Part shown: piece by piece, positions 35,601 through 46,141 of the stretch
Layout of the letters: each line of letters begins with the position of its first letter
How positions within the stretch are numbered: position 1 is the stretch's first letter
Origin: Naegleria gruberi
Taxonomy: Eukaryota
DNA: 64,000 bases
Assembly: GCA_000004985.1 (NCBI GenBank)
Contig: GG738873.1
Reading direction: 5' to 3' (one strand)
The notes under the pieces: generated by a model
The model's database searches: none
The model's input: only the letters and a program-made list of their open reading frames with translations
Told to the model about the DNA's origin: nothing
Program-made: the position numbers and the translations under genes

Positions 35601-36314
35601 GCCGATGGAAATGTTGCTGAGTCTTGTGCTGCCTACAAAAATCCAACTAACACCTCTCGAGTATATCAAGGTATAATTGGTGATGGTTTCTATATTATTC
35701 AAATTATTGGAACAACAACACCAATTAAAGTATATTGTGACATGACTACAAATGGTGGTGGTTGGATAGCTTATTATACAGGTAGTGCTAACAAGCCAGT
35801 ACATTTGGCTAAAGGATATCAAAACCCAGGTGAAGATGTAAACTCTGGAGATTACATCGTAGATCTTAGAAGTTTCTTTTTTACCCAAGTTATGTTTTCT
35901 AAAGGTGGACAAAGCGACTGGTTTACTTGTATTGAGTGTGGAAATGGTTACACAGTTGGTTATTCAAATGATGGTGCGTTGACTTCAAATAGCCTGGGTT
36001 CTTGGCGTGCCGGTGGAGCAGTTACTGGTACCTACCAGTTGTACATTGCAGACAATGCTCCAGCATACGCAGGAACAACAAACTCAGCTGCCTTCATGAT
36101 GTACTATTCAACATCAAGTTATACATTAAACCCAACAAGTGGATACGATACCACCTCATACACAATTACTGGTTACAGAACAGATACTGGAGGCAAGATT
36201 ACGAGAACATCAGTAGGTGGCAGTTCTATATATAATGAATGCTTTGGCGTTTGCTTTAGAGCAAACTTGGGAGGTTCTTGTGGTGCAGGCAGCATGACTG
36301 TTTACCTAAGATAG
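32663..36314 (+). CDS. paralog D of the secreted RCC1/Kelch/EGF-like/FReD family; exons ~32663–33142 and 33183–36314 (40-nt intron). The 5' exon structure is uncertain and exon 1 may contain a further intron
   Basis: The exon-1 module (VELVKGWKEKQNSY...FDQMVTSKNKD) is homologous to the gene A exon-1 module and ends ...NMIN before GTAAGT, the same position as gene A. Exon 2 has RCC1 (GKLWAWGANDQGQIGD) and Kelch signatures and a C-terminal FReD-like module (SCAAYKNPTNTSRVYQG...VYCDMTTNGGGWIAYY). Confidence 0.7.
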
Positions 36315-36422
36315 ATCCACAATTTGTATATTATTGTAAATCAATAAATTCGTTATTGTAAAGTATAACACATTTCTAATTTTTGGTCCCCACCTTTTTC
36401 TAATGTTGAATAATCTTATTTA

Positions 36423-37886
36423 TTATTGGCTTTGCTTATTATTTAAGAGTTTTAGTCTTTTGGCAGCACTCTTTCTATATAAATGTTCCAACTTGGGGTA
36501 AACTTTTGCTTCTTCACAACAAGTATAAACCAGCTTGATATCATGTTCTTCAACATCCTTTTCTAAATGAGATATTATTGTTTTCCAATCAGGAATGGAA
36601 TCACTGAAATCCTGATTCAAAGCCTTTGTTCCTCCAAGAATAATGTACATTAGAATGACACTCTCCCATAAATAGCCTATAAGAGATTGCTTCACAACAT
36701 TATTTTTGACATGTTCTGAAACTAATCTCACAGCAAAACATCCTGTGATAGCATGTAGGGTAGCAATGTCCATCTTGTCACACTTCAAATATAAGGTCAA
36801 AGCAGCTTGGCAAAGGTCCTCCAATTCAAATAATAATTGATTATGATCTCCCAATATCATGGAGCATTGTACTGCAAATTCTTTCTGATCAATTACATCA
36901 CGAGCTTCTCTCATCAAGTTATGAATCAAGAATCCTCCCTTTTTTAATAAATCTTGTCTAAACTCATCGGTCAGATATTCTGGATGATTCTTTTCTGTTC
37001 TTTGAAGAATTTCAAGTAAGCTTTGAGGTTTTGAATCATCTGAAAGTGATTTCTTACCCAACGATTCAAGTTTTGGTTCAATATTCTGATAGGAATAAGC
37101 TTGATAGGCCAATGAATTGACAACCATCAAGGTATGGAAATTTTGGAGAATTGAATAACCTAACAAGATGATTGGATGAAAAGCTCCTCCAGAAATTCCA
37201 CTTAGCAATTCAACAACTGATTCATGAGACATGATATTCTCGAACAGTTCCTTCTCCAAGTGCATTGGTAGAATTTCTTCCTCTGAATCACCTTGTTGGG
37301 AACTGTTCATGACTTTAGATTGATCGTGTTGAATGACGTGTAAATAGACTAGAATGTGCATAAATCTACGATAGAAGAGAAAATCTGGACGATTCACACT
37401 AATTCTTCCCATGAAAATCTTATCGAAAATCCAGCTTAATTCTTCCTTAATGAAATGATCGAGTCTTTCCTTTGAAAAGTCCTTTTTCAATTGAGAAAGA
37501 AAAGGTTGATAGGTTTCTTCTTCCCATTTTCTCAATTCTGTGTTTTGATATTTAGCATTAGGATCAATTGGTACAAGTTTCTTCAAGTGATGATTCACAT
37601 TCTCCAAATACACCTTTCTATTAATAATTGGTTGTTCGAAATTTGCCTTAATGTGAAAGAGAGCTGACAAGACCATTGGTAAGTGATTACTCAATCCATC
37701 AGGGATCCTTTCATCCAATCCAAAACTAGGATACAAGTGCACACAAATATAATTCAACAACTCATCCATCCACAATGAATCATCTTGTGAGTCTGTGTCA
37801 ATGCTTTCCTTGGACATGAAATTGGCGGGAAAGATTTCTTGCATTAATTGTTCACTATTCTTTGAAATTTGAGAAAGGTCTGGCAT
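36423..37886 (-). CDS. hypothetical protein (487 aa)
   Basis: Single long ORF; no motif that I can assign with confidence. Confidence 0.4.
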   Translation of the reverse strand: MPDLSQISKNSEQLMQEIFPANFMSKESIDTDSQDDSLWMDELLNYICVHLYPSFGLDERIPDGLSNHLPMVLSALFHIKANFEQPIINRKVYLENVNHHLKKLVPIDPNAKYQNTELRKWEEETYQPFLSQLKKDFSKERLDHFIKEELSWIFDKIFMGRISVNRPDFLFYRRFMHILVYLHVIQHDQSKVMNSSQQGDSEEEILPMHLEKELFENIMSHESVVELLSGISGGAFHPIILLGYSILQNFHTLMVVNSLAYQAYSYQNIEPKLESLGKKSLSDDSKPQSLLEILQRTEKNHPEYLTDEFRQDLLKKGGFLIHNLMREARDVIDQKEFAVQCSMILGDHNQLLFELEDLCQAALTLYLKCDKMDIATLHAITGCFAVRLVSEHVKNNVVKQSLIGYLWESVILMYIILGGTKALNQDFSDSIPDWKTIISHLEKDVEEHDIKLVYTCCEEAKVYPKLEHLYRKSAAKRLKLLNNKQSQ

Positions 37887-38294
37887 GTTGCTTGTTTTTT
37901 TTGAATTGTTTCTCTTGAGATTTTTATTTTTAGAAATTCTATTTATTTATTGAGGAAGATTTTTTTGGAGTTTTGACATTTTTGTAAGTGGACATATAAG
38001 TGCGTATTAATATTTAATTGTGCGCATTTGTAAAATTAATTGAAAACAAGAATGATTCTGTCGTGGATTTCACAATAAATGAATGAGTGGTGTCATCAGG
38101 TTGGAATATATTGTTTACATTATTGATTAATGCATTTTCCAATTCATCATTCCTATGGCACAGTCTCAAGGTTAATATTAAGGTCATATTGAAAGGATGG
38201 ATGTAACCCTTAATAAGACCAAATACGACTGGGAACTCCAATTAGAAAAAATATTGGCAGGAAAAAATTACAGTGAAAATAGACTCCTAAAAAA

Positions 38295-41200
38295 ATGCTC
38301 TGTTTTCAACAGGAGAAGGAATTTCCTCACAAAAAGGAGTGTATGATAATGTATCTAATATTTATTATATTTCTTTGTCAATATTTATCATCATCAACAT
38401 CAACACCATCATTGGGTGGATTAATATTTATTAAGGCAGAACAAACAAGAGTCAATAAGAGACAACAAGATGATACAAGTTTTATCTATCCAACCTATAC
38501 TTCGGAACTCTATGCAGGTAGAACTGATTTCAGTTCATCTATGGACATTTTCTTTAAACAAATGATTCCATCACAGGTGGATTCTAGAATTATCTACATG
38601 TCCTCGAAACTCACCAATTCAATCTATCAATATAATGACACTGATAAGAGTTTGATACAGATATTGCAAGGGAGCTATATAGAAGGGGAGGACACCTTAG
38701 TAAATGGTGATTTACTGATGGTTGAGAAGGAAGAAGTCAATTCTATTCAGTATGATTGTTTATATTATAATATTGAATCTAGAATGTGGAAATATTCAAT
38801 GAGGGACAGAACATCTTCTCGATTAACTGTTTATGGATTGGAACAAGTTTCAAAATTGGGTGTCAATAGACCTTTCGGATTTTTGGATTGGGGAAAGAAG
38901 AATCGAGTGTATGGAGTAGTGGAGGGGAAATTATTTCATGTAGAAAGGGAATACAATTTGACTTGGAATTTCACACAAGTTAAGGAGCTTGATTTGGAAA
39001 ATACTCAATGGGAAGGTTTGGCCATGCATAAAAACAGTGAAATTATGTACTTGATTGCAAATCGTACAATTTTCATGGTTGACATGAGCAAGGACTTGTT
39101 CATTAAGAAATTACAAACTCATGAAAGTCCCAAAATACCTTTTGCTGTTTATCACGATGGACAAGATGAGTATCTTTACTTTACTGCCAATTACGATTCG
39201 ATTTTGGTAAAGTGTCCAACTAAGGAATGCGATAGTGCTCTACCCATCTATACTAGAGACGAAATGATTAGGTCAGGATGGAAAATATTGAGCATTCCGT
39301 CAGCATTTGCCATTACAAAAGATGTTTTCCTATTCAATTCGTATTTTCCAAGGAGGGATGATATTACACACCTTGCACTTTATTCAATGATGGATAATGT
39401 TGCCTATCCAATTTACTCAATGGATGGTCCTATTTGGAATGGTGTTAATGCTTTGAACAGTTCTATATTTCCAACAGGTAAGTTTACAAATTTTTGCCAA
39501 ATTACTATAAATATACAGCGGTAAACTTACTAAAACATGCTGATGGAAGAAAGGAATTGCTTATTAGTGATTATACGAAAATTAGATCAATCTCAATGAA
39601 AGATAGAACCATTTCAGTGGTAAAGGTAGACAATTTGTGCACTTCTTTCACACCACAACTGCCTGCACTCTCCAATATTGGCTCTTCGGTCAACCATTCT
39701 GATGGCAGCTCTACCATATACGCTGCTTCCATTCCAGATACTAATGCACAGTCTTACTCTATCAAAATAGCATCTAATGGGCACACTACGTGGTGTCCTC
39801 TCTCAACAGATATTGAGAACATACCAGTGCCTAATGAGAGCCCTCTGAATCAATCCATGTTTAATGATCCTTCTGGTATTGTCTATTTGAATGGAGAAAT
39901 TTATATTGCTGATACAAAATCCAATAGAATCAGAAAGATTACAAAAGATGCAAGAGTATTGACCTTAGTTGGAGGTGGTAATATTAAGGGAGATAACTTG
40001 ACAGGAACTGATACCTATGCGAATGCCCCTTTCGGTATTGCTGTTTGCAATTCAACAGGAAACGTTTATTTTAGTGTTTCTAACGACCATTGTCTCAAAG
40101 TCTACTCTCAACAAACAGGTCTTGTTCAAAACCTTGCAGGAGATTGTGGAAAACCAGGAATATTTAATTTTCCAAAAGCAATTTCATTGGTGGAGAATTT
40201 CCTCTTTGTTGCCGATTCAATGAATCATAGAATTGCGAGGGTTAATTTAGAGACACGTTTAGTGGAGAGTCTAATTGGAGATGGACAAGCAGGTGAGACA
40301 TCAGACGACAACTATAGCGTAAGATTGAATTCACCAACTGGGGTTCACTATTGTGATGGATATTTATTTGTAGCAGACACTAATAATCATAGAATATTGA
40401 AGGTTTCTCATATACTTGATGTAACAAGTTATGCATACGTTGAAGTCATAGCAACAGGTAAGTTAAAAATTTACATTTTTGGAATATTGACAAAATTACT
40501 AAAAATAGATGATGATGTGAAATTGGCATATCCATATGGTGTTCATGCTTTCAAGATGGGTTACAAAATGTTTTATATCATTACCAATACATATAACAAC
40601 AGATTAATCTTTGCACAAGAAACTCCTTCAAGATATTTCACAGAAATGGGAAGTGGATTGCCAGGTTACAATGGAGACCTTTCCATATTTGAGGCAAGTC
40701 TTTTCAATCCAAAGGGAGTCTGGGTATCTGACAACATTATCTATTTTACCGATTCATCAAATAACCTGATTCGAAAAATCAACTTGTCTCGATTATATTT
40801 TATGGTTGAAACTGTAGCTGGTGGGCATGGTGATGGTGGCTCAATTTTGAATACTCGTATCAAGATTACAAGTTTCTCTCAAGCTCCTGGAGGGATTGTT
40901 GTGACTGATATTCAAAACAACCTGATCAGATTGATAAAACAAGATGGAACTGTCTCTACACTTGTTGGAAGTGGTGGCACACTTTACAATGGAGAGCTAA
41001 TAACTTCCAAGATGGTTAATTTAAATTACCCTTTTGGAGTTTTTGTTTTCAATAATGAAATATACTATTCTGATTCCAAGAATCTGAGAATAAGAAAAGT
41101 GGATCTAGATGGAATCGTCTCAACTGTGATACTCGACGGTAGCTATCCTTCAGCTCTCAGAGTTAGACTTAATGGTGACATAATTTATGTTACTCAAACA

Positions 41201-43196
41201 GGAATTAAGATTTTCCATGCCAAAACAAGTGAATTCCAAAATATTGTAACAGACAGCAATTTTCTCAAAGCATCTGTTGAGTACGATTCAGATGATGGTT
41301 CGATTTATTATGCAACAGATACTTCTGTTGTCAAGTTGACTCCAAGATGTAAGAATGGTTATGTGTTGGATGACCAATTTTCTGAGTGTATTCCAGTATG
41401 TTTCGGATATAATCAATTGGATGTGGAACAAGTTTGTTCTGGACATGGATTGTGTCTAGAGCCAGATAACTGTGGATGTTTTGACCATTACACGGGTAAT
41501 CAATGTGAAAATGCCAAATGTTTCGGTCTTGATGTTAATAATCCAAATATTTGTAATGGAAGAGGTCAATGTGTCTCAGTTGACACCTGTTCATGCTCCC
41601 AAGGCTATTCAGGAATTGACTGTTCCATTCCAGAATGTTTCGGAATCTCTGGAAACATGTCATGTAGTGGATCAGAAAGAGGTAGATGCATTTCACTCAA
41701 CATGTGTCACTGTAATTTGCCTCATTATTCTGGAAGAGCATGCGAGTTAGCAAACTGCTTTGGAATTCCACAAAATGATGCAAAAGTTTGCTCTGGAAAG
41801 GGAAGATGTGTCCGTCCTAACGAATGCAAGTGTGATACTGATTTTTATGACAAGGATTGTTCCAAGTTTGATAATACGAATTGGACAGTTGGAGTTGTTG
41901 TGGGAATTACAGGCGGTTTTGTTATTTTGTTGATGATTGTTGGAGTTGTGTTGATTGTAGTGTTGAGAATTTATAAGAAACAAAAGAAAATATTGGACAC
42001 TGACCTCGAATTGGATCGACAATTGTTGAGTTCTGAAGAAATCAATGGTTATTCTCGTGGTCATACTTCAAATTCAAGTAATAGTGTGGAGGAAGATTTT
42101 TATATCCCACTGAATCAATTAAATATGGACAAACCAATTAAGAGATTGGGAAGTGGTGGTATTGGAAGTGTATTCATGACAAAGTAAGTGTTAAATTTTG
42201 CCTAAATTCTAACTTTTTCATCAATCTTATTTTGAAATATTTCCAAAGATGGAATAATATCATTGTAGCGGTCAAAGTGTTTGATTTGAATAATGAAAAC
42301 ATTGGAATTGAAGATTTTATCAATGAGGCCTTATTACTCTCAAGACTTCGTCATCCAAATATTATTTCTTTTTATGGAGTTTCTTCATCTCCAACCAAAA
42401 GATACATTGCCATGGAGTGTATGGATGCAAGCTTGGAATCCTATATTCAGAAAATGCAAGCATTGCAGTTAAAGCTTCCATTCCGTACAAAAGTGAAAAT
42501 TATTTCAGATATTTGCAGAGGTATCATGTATCTTCACAATTTACAACCAAATTTTATTGTTCACAGAGATTTGAAACCTGCAAATATTTTACGTAAGTTT
42601 ATTTGATTTTTGACATGACTCTAATGTGAGTGAAATAGTTGATAAGGATGGCAATTGTAAAGTTTGTGATTTTGGTTTGGGAAGAGTTTTATCAAAAAAA
42701 ACACTTTCGAATATTACAGCACAGGTTAGTACATTCAAACTATTTCGAATGATTATTTAACTGTATATAGATTGGCACATGTGCATACATGAGCCCAGAA
42801 ATCTCAGGATTCTCTGGTAAGGATATTGATCGTTCACACGTTAAGGCAATTGATATCTTTAGTTTATCCATAATTTTCTATCAAATATTATTCGAAGTGA
42901 TGGATCCATACTCGAGTCAAGATTTGAGAGTGGTGGAAAAGATTGGACTTAAGGAACCAATTCATTATGAATCTTTTTATCATTTGCATAGAGCCATTTG
43001 TGAATTCAAAGTTCGACCTTCAATTCCATTCAATACTATTGAGTCGTGTGTGGAGTGGTGTAAAGTTTATGATTTGGAAGAGAATGCAACAATTTATTGG
43101 AAATTATGTGAAGATGTTATAAAGGAATCATGGAAAGAAGAAGCTTCCGAAAGACCTCCTATTGAAAAATTGGTAGAAATTGTTGATTCATTGTAA
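38295..43196 (+). CDS. receptor-like protein: signal peptide, NHL repeats, EGF-like repeats, TM helix, Ser/Thr-type protein kinase; exons 38295–39477, 39519–40457, 40509–42183, 42249–42592, 42639–42724, 42771–43196
   Basis: NHL-type repeats (NRIRKITKDARVLTLVGG; HRILKV). Four EGF-like Cys patterns are followed by the TM helix VGVVVGITGGFVILLMIVGVVLIVVL. The kinase domain is split by three introns: GSGGIGSVFMTK | WNNIIVAVK ... HRDLKPANIL | DKDGNCKVCDFGLGRV ... | IGTCAYMSPE. All introns are GT..AG, 41–65 nt, and phases fit. Confidence 0.75.
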
Positions 43197-43222
43197 ACTG
43201 TTATAAATAAATATTTAAAAAA

Positions 43223-45073
43223 ATGTCATCATTGATAGATTGTGACAACACCTCTCAACACTATGAATATCTCCCCGAACAGCAATTACACTCACTAAAA
43301 ATCACACCAAATCATGATCACCAACCTTCTACAGCAAGAATTTCACTTCCCGTGATGAATACTCATGATGAGAATATTCAAATTGAAATTAATTCTGATG
43401 ATTATAATATTGATGAGATTAGTGTCGTGTTCTCGGGAGGAAATTTATCCGTGAACAAATGTTACTTGAAGGTGAAGAAGAAGTGTAATGAAAGGTTTGT
43501 TGTGAAATTGAGAGAATTGGAATGTTGTGATTTGATAATTATGAATGAATCGAAAGGGAAGATTGTGTTGGAATATGATTGTTTAATATTAAATCGATTG
43601 GAAATTTCGAATAACCAACAAGAAGAAGAAACGGTAGTGGAAAATCATAGTGATGTTGATTTTTGTGAATTGATAATTGGAGACGGTTGTCAATTTGAGA
43701 ATTATGCCAACTTGCAAGTGTTGAATTTATTGAAGGGTGAAGGATTGGTTAGAAATTTGGGAATGATGTTTTTTGGAAAGGATGTAGAAATCGAGTTGAA
43801 TAATTTGGAAAGTGTTGGAATTGTCAAATTTCCACAATTAGAAAGTTTTGTAAAAGAATTTAAATTAATTAATGGCGAAAGTGAACAAAATTTTACAGAA
43901 CCATTGCCTAGAGGATACAATTATCTCAACAGAGTTGCCCTTTTGAAGGGACTGATAGGGAAGAATACTAAAACCAAAAAACCACAAATTCTCTCCGACT
44001 CAATTCTAGAATATTTAAAGGAAAATCCTGTTAATTCATCAGATGATTTATCTGAGAAGGTGAATGAATATCTATTGAGAGTAGGTGGTACTGAGTACGT
44101 CTCTACATGGGTCTCAACTATTGCCCCGAATATTAGAAAAACACCATCCGCACAAGGTGAAATAAGTGAAAAATTAGAACCATGGACCACTGTTAATGTC
44201 AAATCGATTTATTGTGGAGCTGGAGAGAATGAATTCTGGGCATGCTTGGGAGAAGAGGCCTTTGTATCAACAGATTTTTTGAAAATTAAGCCAAAAGTCA
44301 ATCATCTACTCTATCCTAACATGAAAGGGAGTGATTTACTATCAATCTATGGACCGAACGAACCATTCCTCAACGATAACTTGAAAAATCAATCCAATCA
44401 AGAAATCATTGTTGTAAATACTCCAATATTGGACAGTAATTTACAGTCTATTGGAGAAAAACTTGCTGGAGATTTGGTAACGGTTTATGAATTTACTGAA
44501 ATTAATGGAAAATCACTTGTAAAAATATCTCCTGATGAGGAACATTATATTGAATCGGATTATCTTTCCTCTGAGATGGATAAGAATCTCCTCAATAGGA
44601 ATATTCGAGCATTCCTCGAATTAATTGCCTTTTGTGAAGCTACCTATACATTCGGATACAATCGACTCGTGAATGGAACACCAACCACTGATCCATTCCA
44701 AACATGCTACTCACACGGCATTGTCAATATCACAAGTAATCTCAATACTCATCCGTTCATTCTCGTCTCCCTTAATGCCACTCTAAAATCAACAGCAGCT
44801 GGAAAATATCAATATTTGAATAGAACTTGGCATTCCCTCCCTAAAGAAATTCACAACAATCTCTTTACACCATATGGACAAGACAGAGGAGCCATTGCAC
44901 TTTTAATGAGACGTGAAAGTCTTCAAGCCATCAAACAAGGCAATATTGAACTGGCCCTTAATTTATGTAATAAGGAATGGGCAAGTTTTCCAAACTCACC
45001 ATATGGTCAACCCACTAAAAAGATGGAAGAATGCTTGAAAAAATATTCAGACTTTCTATCAAGATTACAATGA
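43223..45073 (+). CDS. intronless protein with two SH3b-like modules and a possible lysozyme/chitosanase-like glycoside-hydrolase C-terminal domain (tentative)
   Basis: SH3b-like segments (EPWTTVNVKSIYCGAGENEFWACLGEEAFVSTDFL; DLVTVYEFTEINGKSLVKISPDEEHYIESDYL). A C-terminal segment (LIAFCEATYTFGYNRLVNGTPTTDPF) has an E-x17-D spacing reminiscent of GH46/GH24-type catalytic pairs. No intron in 1.85 kb. Domain calls are by eye and low confidence. Confidence 0.35.
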   Translation: MSSLIDCDNTSQHYEYLPEQQLHSLKITPNHDHQPSTARISLPVMNTHDENIQIEINSDDYNIDEISVVFSGGNLSVNKCYLKVKKKCNERFVVKLRELECCDLIIMNESKGKIVLEYDCLILNRLEISNNQQEEETVVENHSDVDFCELIIGDGCQFENYANLQVLNLLKGEGLVRNLGMMFFGKDVEIELNNLESVGIVKFPQLESFVKEFKLINGESEQNFTEPLPRGYNYLNRVALLKGLIGKNTKTKKPQILSDSILEYLKENPVNSSDDLSEKVNEYLLRVGGTEYVSTWVSTIAPNIRKTPSAQGEISEKLEPWTTVNVKSIYCGAGENEFWACLGEEAFVSTDFLKIKPKVNHLLYPNMKGSDLLSIYGPNEPFLNDNLKNQSNQEIIVVNTPILDSNLQSIGEKLAGDLVTVYEFTEINGKSLVKISPDEEHYIESDYLSSEMDKNLLNRNIRAFLELIAFCEATYTFGYNRLVNGTPTTDPFQTCYSHGIVNITSNLNTHPFILVSLNATLKSTAAGKYQYLNRTWHSLPKEIHNNLFTPYGQDRGAIALLMRRESLQAIKQGNIELALNLCNKEWASFPNSPYGQPTKKMEECLKKYSDFLSRLQ

Positions 45074-45168
45074 AAATCAAAAACTATTAAATCAAAATTT
45101 TTCAAACATCTTTTGCCCTCACATGGATGAGCACAAACGGAGAAGTAAAAATAAAACTTTAAAAAAAA

Positions 45169-45999
45169 ATGAGAATCTTGTCCGTACTTGCAAAATCCAA
45201 AACTTTAATTTCCTTCCACAACTCGGCAGCCAAATCATCGTCATCACTGCTTTTCGGAAAACAAATAAAGAAAAATGGAAATTTAATTAAGAATATTCAA
45301 TACAATTATCAACAGGAGAGAAATATATTTATTAGAACAAAGGAAACACCAAATCCTGCCAGTATTCAATTTTATCCTATGGAAGTGAAAGTGCTGGATG
45401 AGAAGGTGTATCCAGACATTTCTTCATTGGAAATTACTAATCCGTTGCAATCATATGTATCTCCTCTTGCCAAGACACTTTTTAAAATTGATGGAGTGAA
45501 GAGTGTATTTCTCTGTAGAGATTTTCTTACTGTAACAATTGATGATCCAACCAATTGGACCGATGTAAAACATGATGTATTCTCAAGTTTGAATAACTTT
45601 TTTGAGAGTGGAGGTATTGTATTAAATAGAGATGCTCAACCAAATCCTGATACAATGGTTCAGGAAGGAGATGATGAAATAATTATTGCAGTGAAGGAAA
45701 TTTTGGAAACTAGAATTCGTCCTATGGTTCAAGAAGATGGTGGTGATATTGTATTTTCGAGATTTGATGAAGAAACTGGTACTGTTTATGTCAAATTACA
45801 AGGAAGTTGTGCCAGTTGTCCAAGCTCTACAGAAACCTTAAAGAATGGTATTGAAAATATGCTCATGCATTATATTGCAGAAGTGAATGCTGTAGAACAA
45901 GAATTGGACGAATTAGATCAAATTAGTGAAGATCAATTGAAAAAGACTGAAGAAAAGCTTGCCAAAGAAAAGGAAATTATTGATCATTATACTAAATAA
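45169..45999 (+). CDS. NFU1: NFU1 iron-sulfur cluster scaffold protein (mitochondrial NifU-like)
   Basis: Matches NFU1 in the N-domain (IRTKETPNPASIQFYP...LFKIDGVKSVFLCRDFLTVT) and the NifU C-domain (IRPMVQEDGGDIVFSRFDEETGTVYVKLQGSCASCPSSTETLKNGIENML). Confidence 0.9.
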   Translation: MRILSVLAKSKTLISFHNSAAKSSSSLLFGKQIKKNGNLIKNIQYNYQQERNIFIRTKETPNPASIQFYPMEVKVLDEKVYPDISSLEITNPLQSYVSPLAKTLFKIDGVKSVFLCRDFLTVTIDDPTNWTDVKHDVFSSLNNFFESGGIVLNRDAQPNPDTMVQEGDDEIIIAVKEILETRIRPMVQEDGGDIVFSRFDEETGTVYVKLQGSCASCPSSTETLKNGIENMLMHYIAEVNAVEQELDELDQISEDQLKKTEEKLAKEKEIIDHYTK

Positions 46000-46141
46000 A
46001 TGAATTTTCTTTCTTGGATTCTTTTTAAATGAAATTTTAAAGGGTATCATTGGATTATTTAAAAGAGAAACACTTCCATTTTACTTAGAGTTATTATTTA
46101 TTTAATTATTATTCAAAAAGAATTATTCTCGAGTTAAAGGT

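Noticed and set aside
36423-37886. Tentative assignment of the 487-aa minus-strand ORF to a known enzyme family
   Set aside because: I could not find a diagnostic motif I trust. It is left as hypothetical
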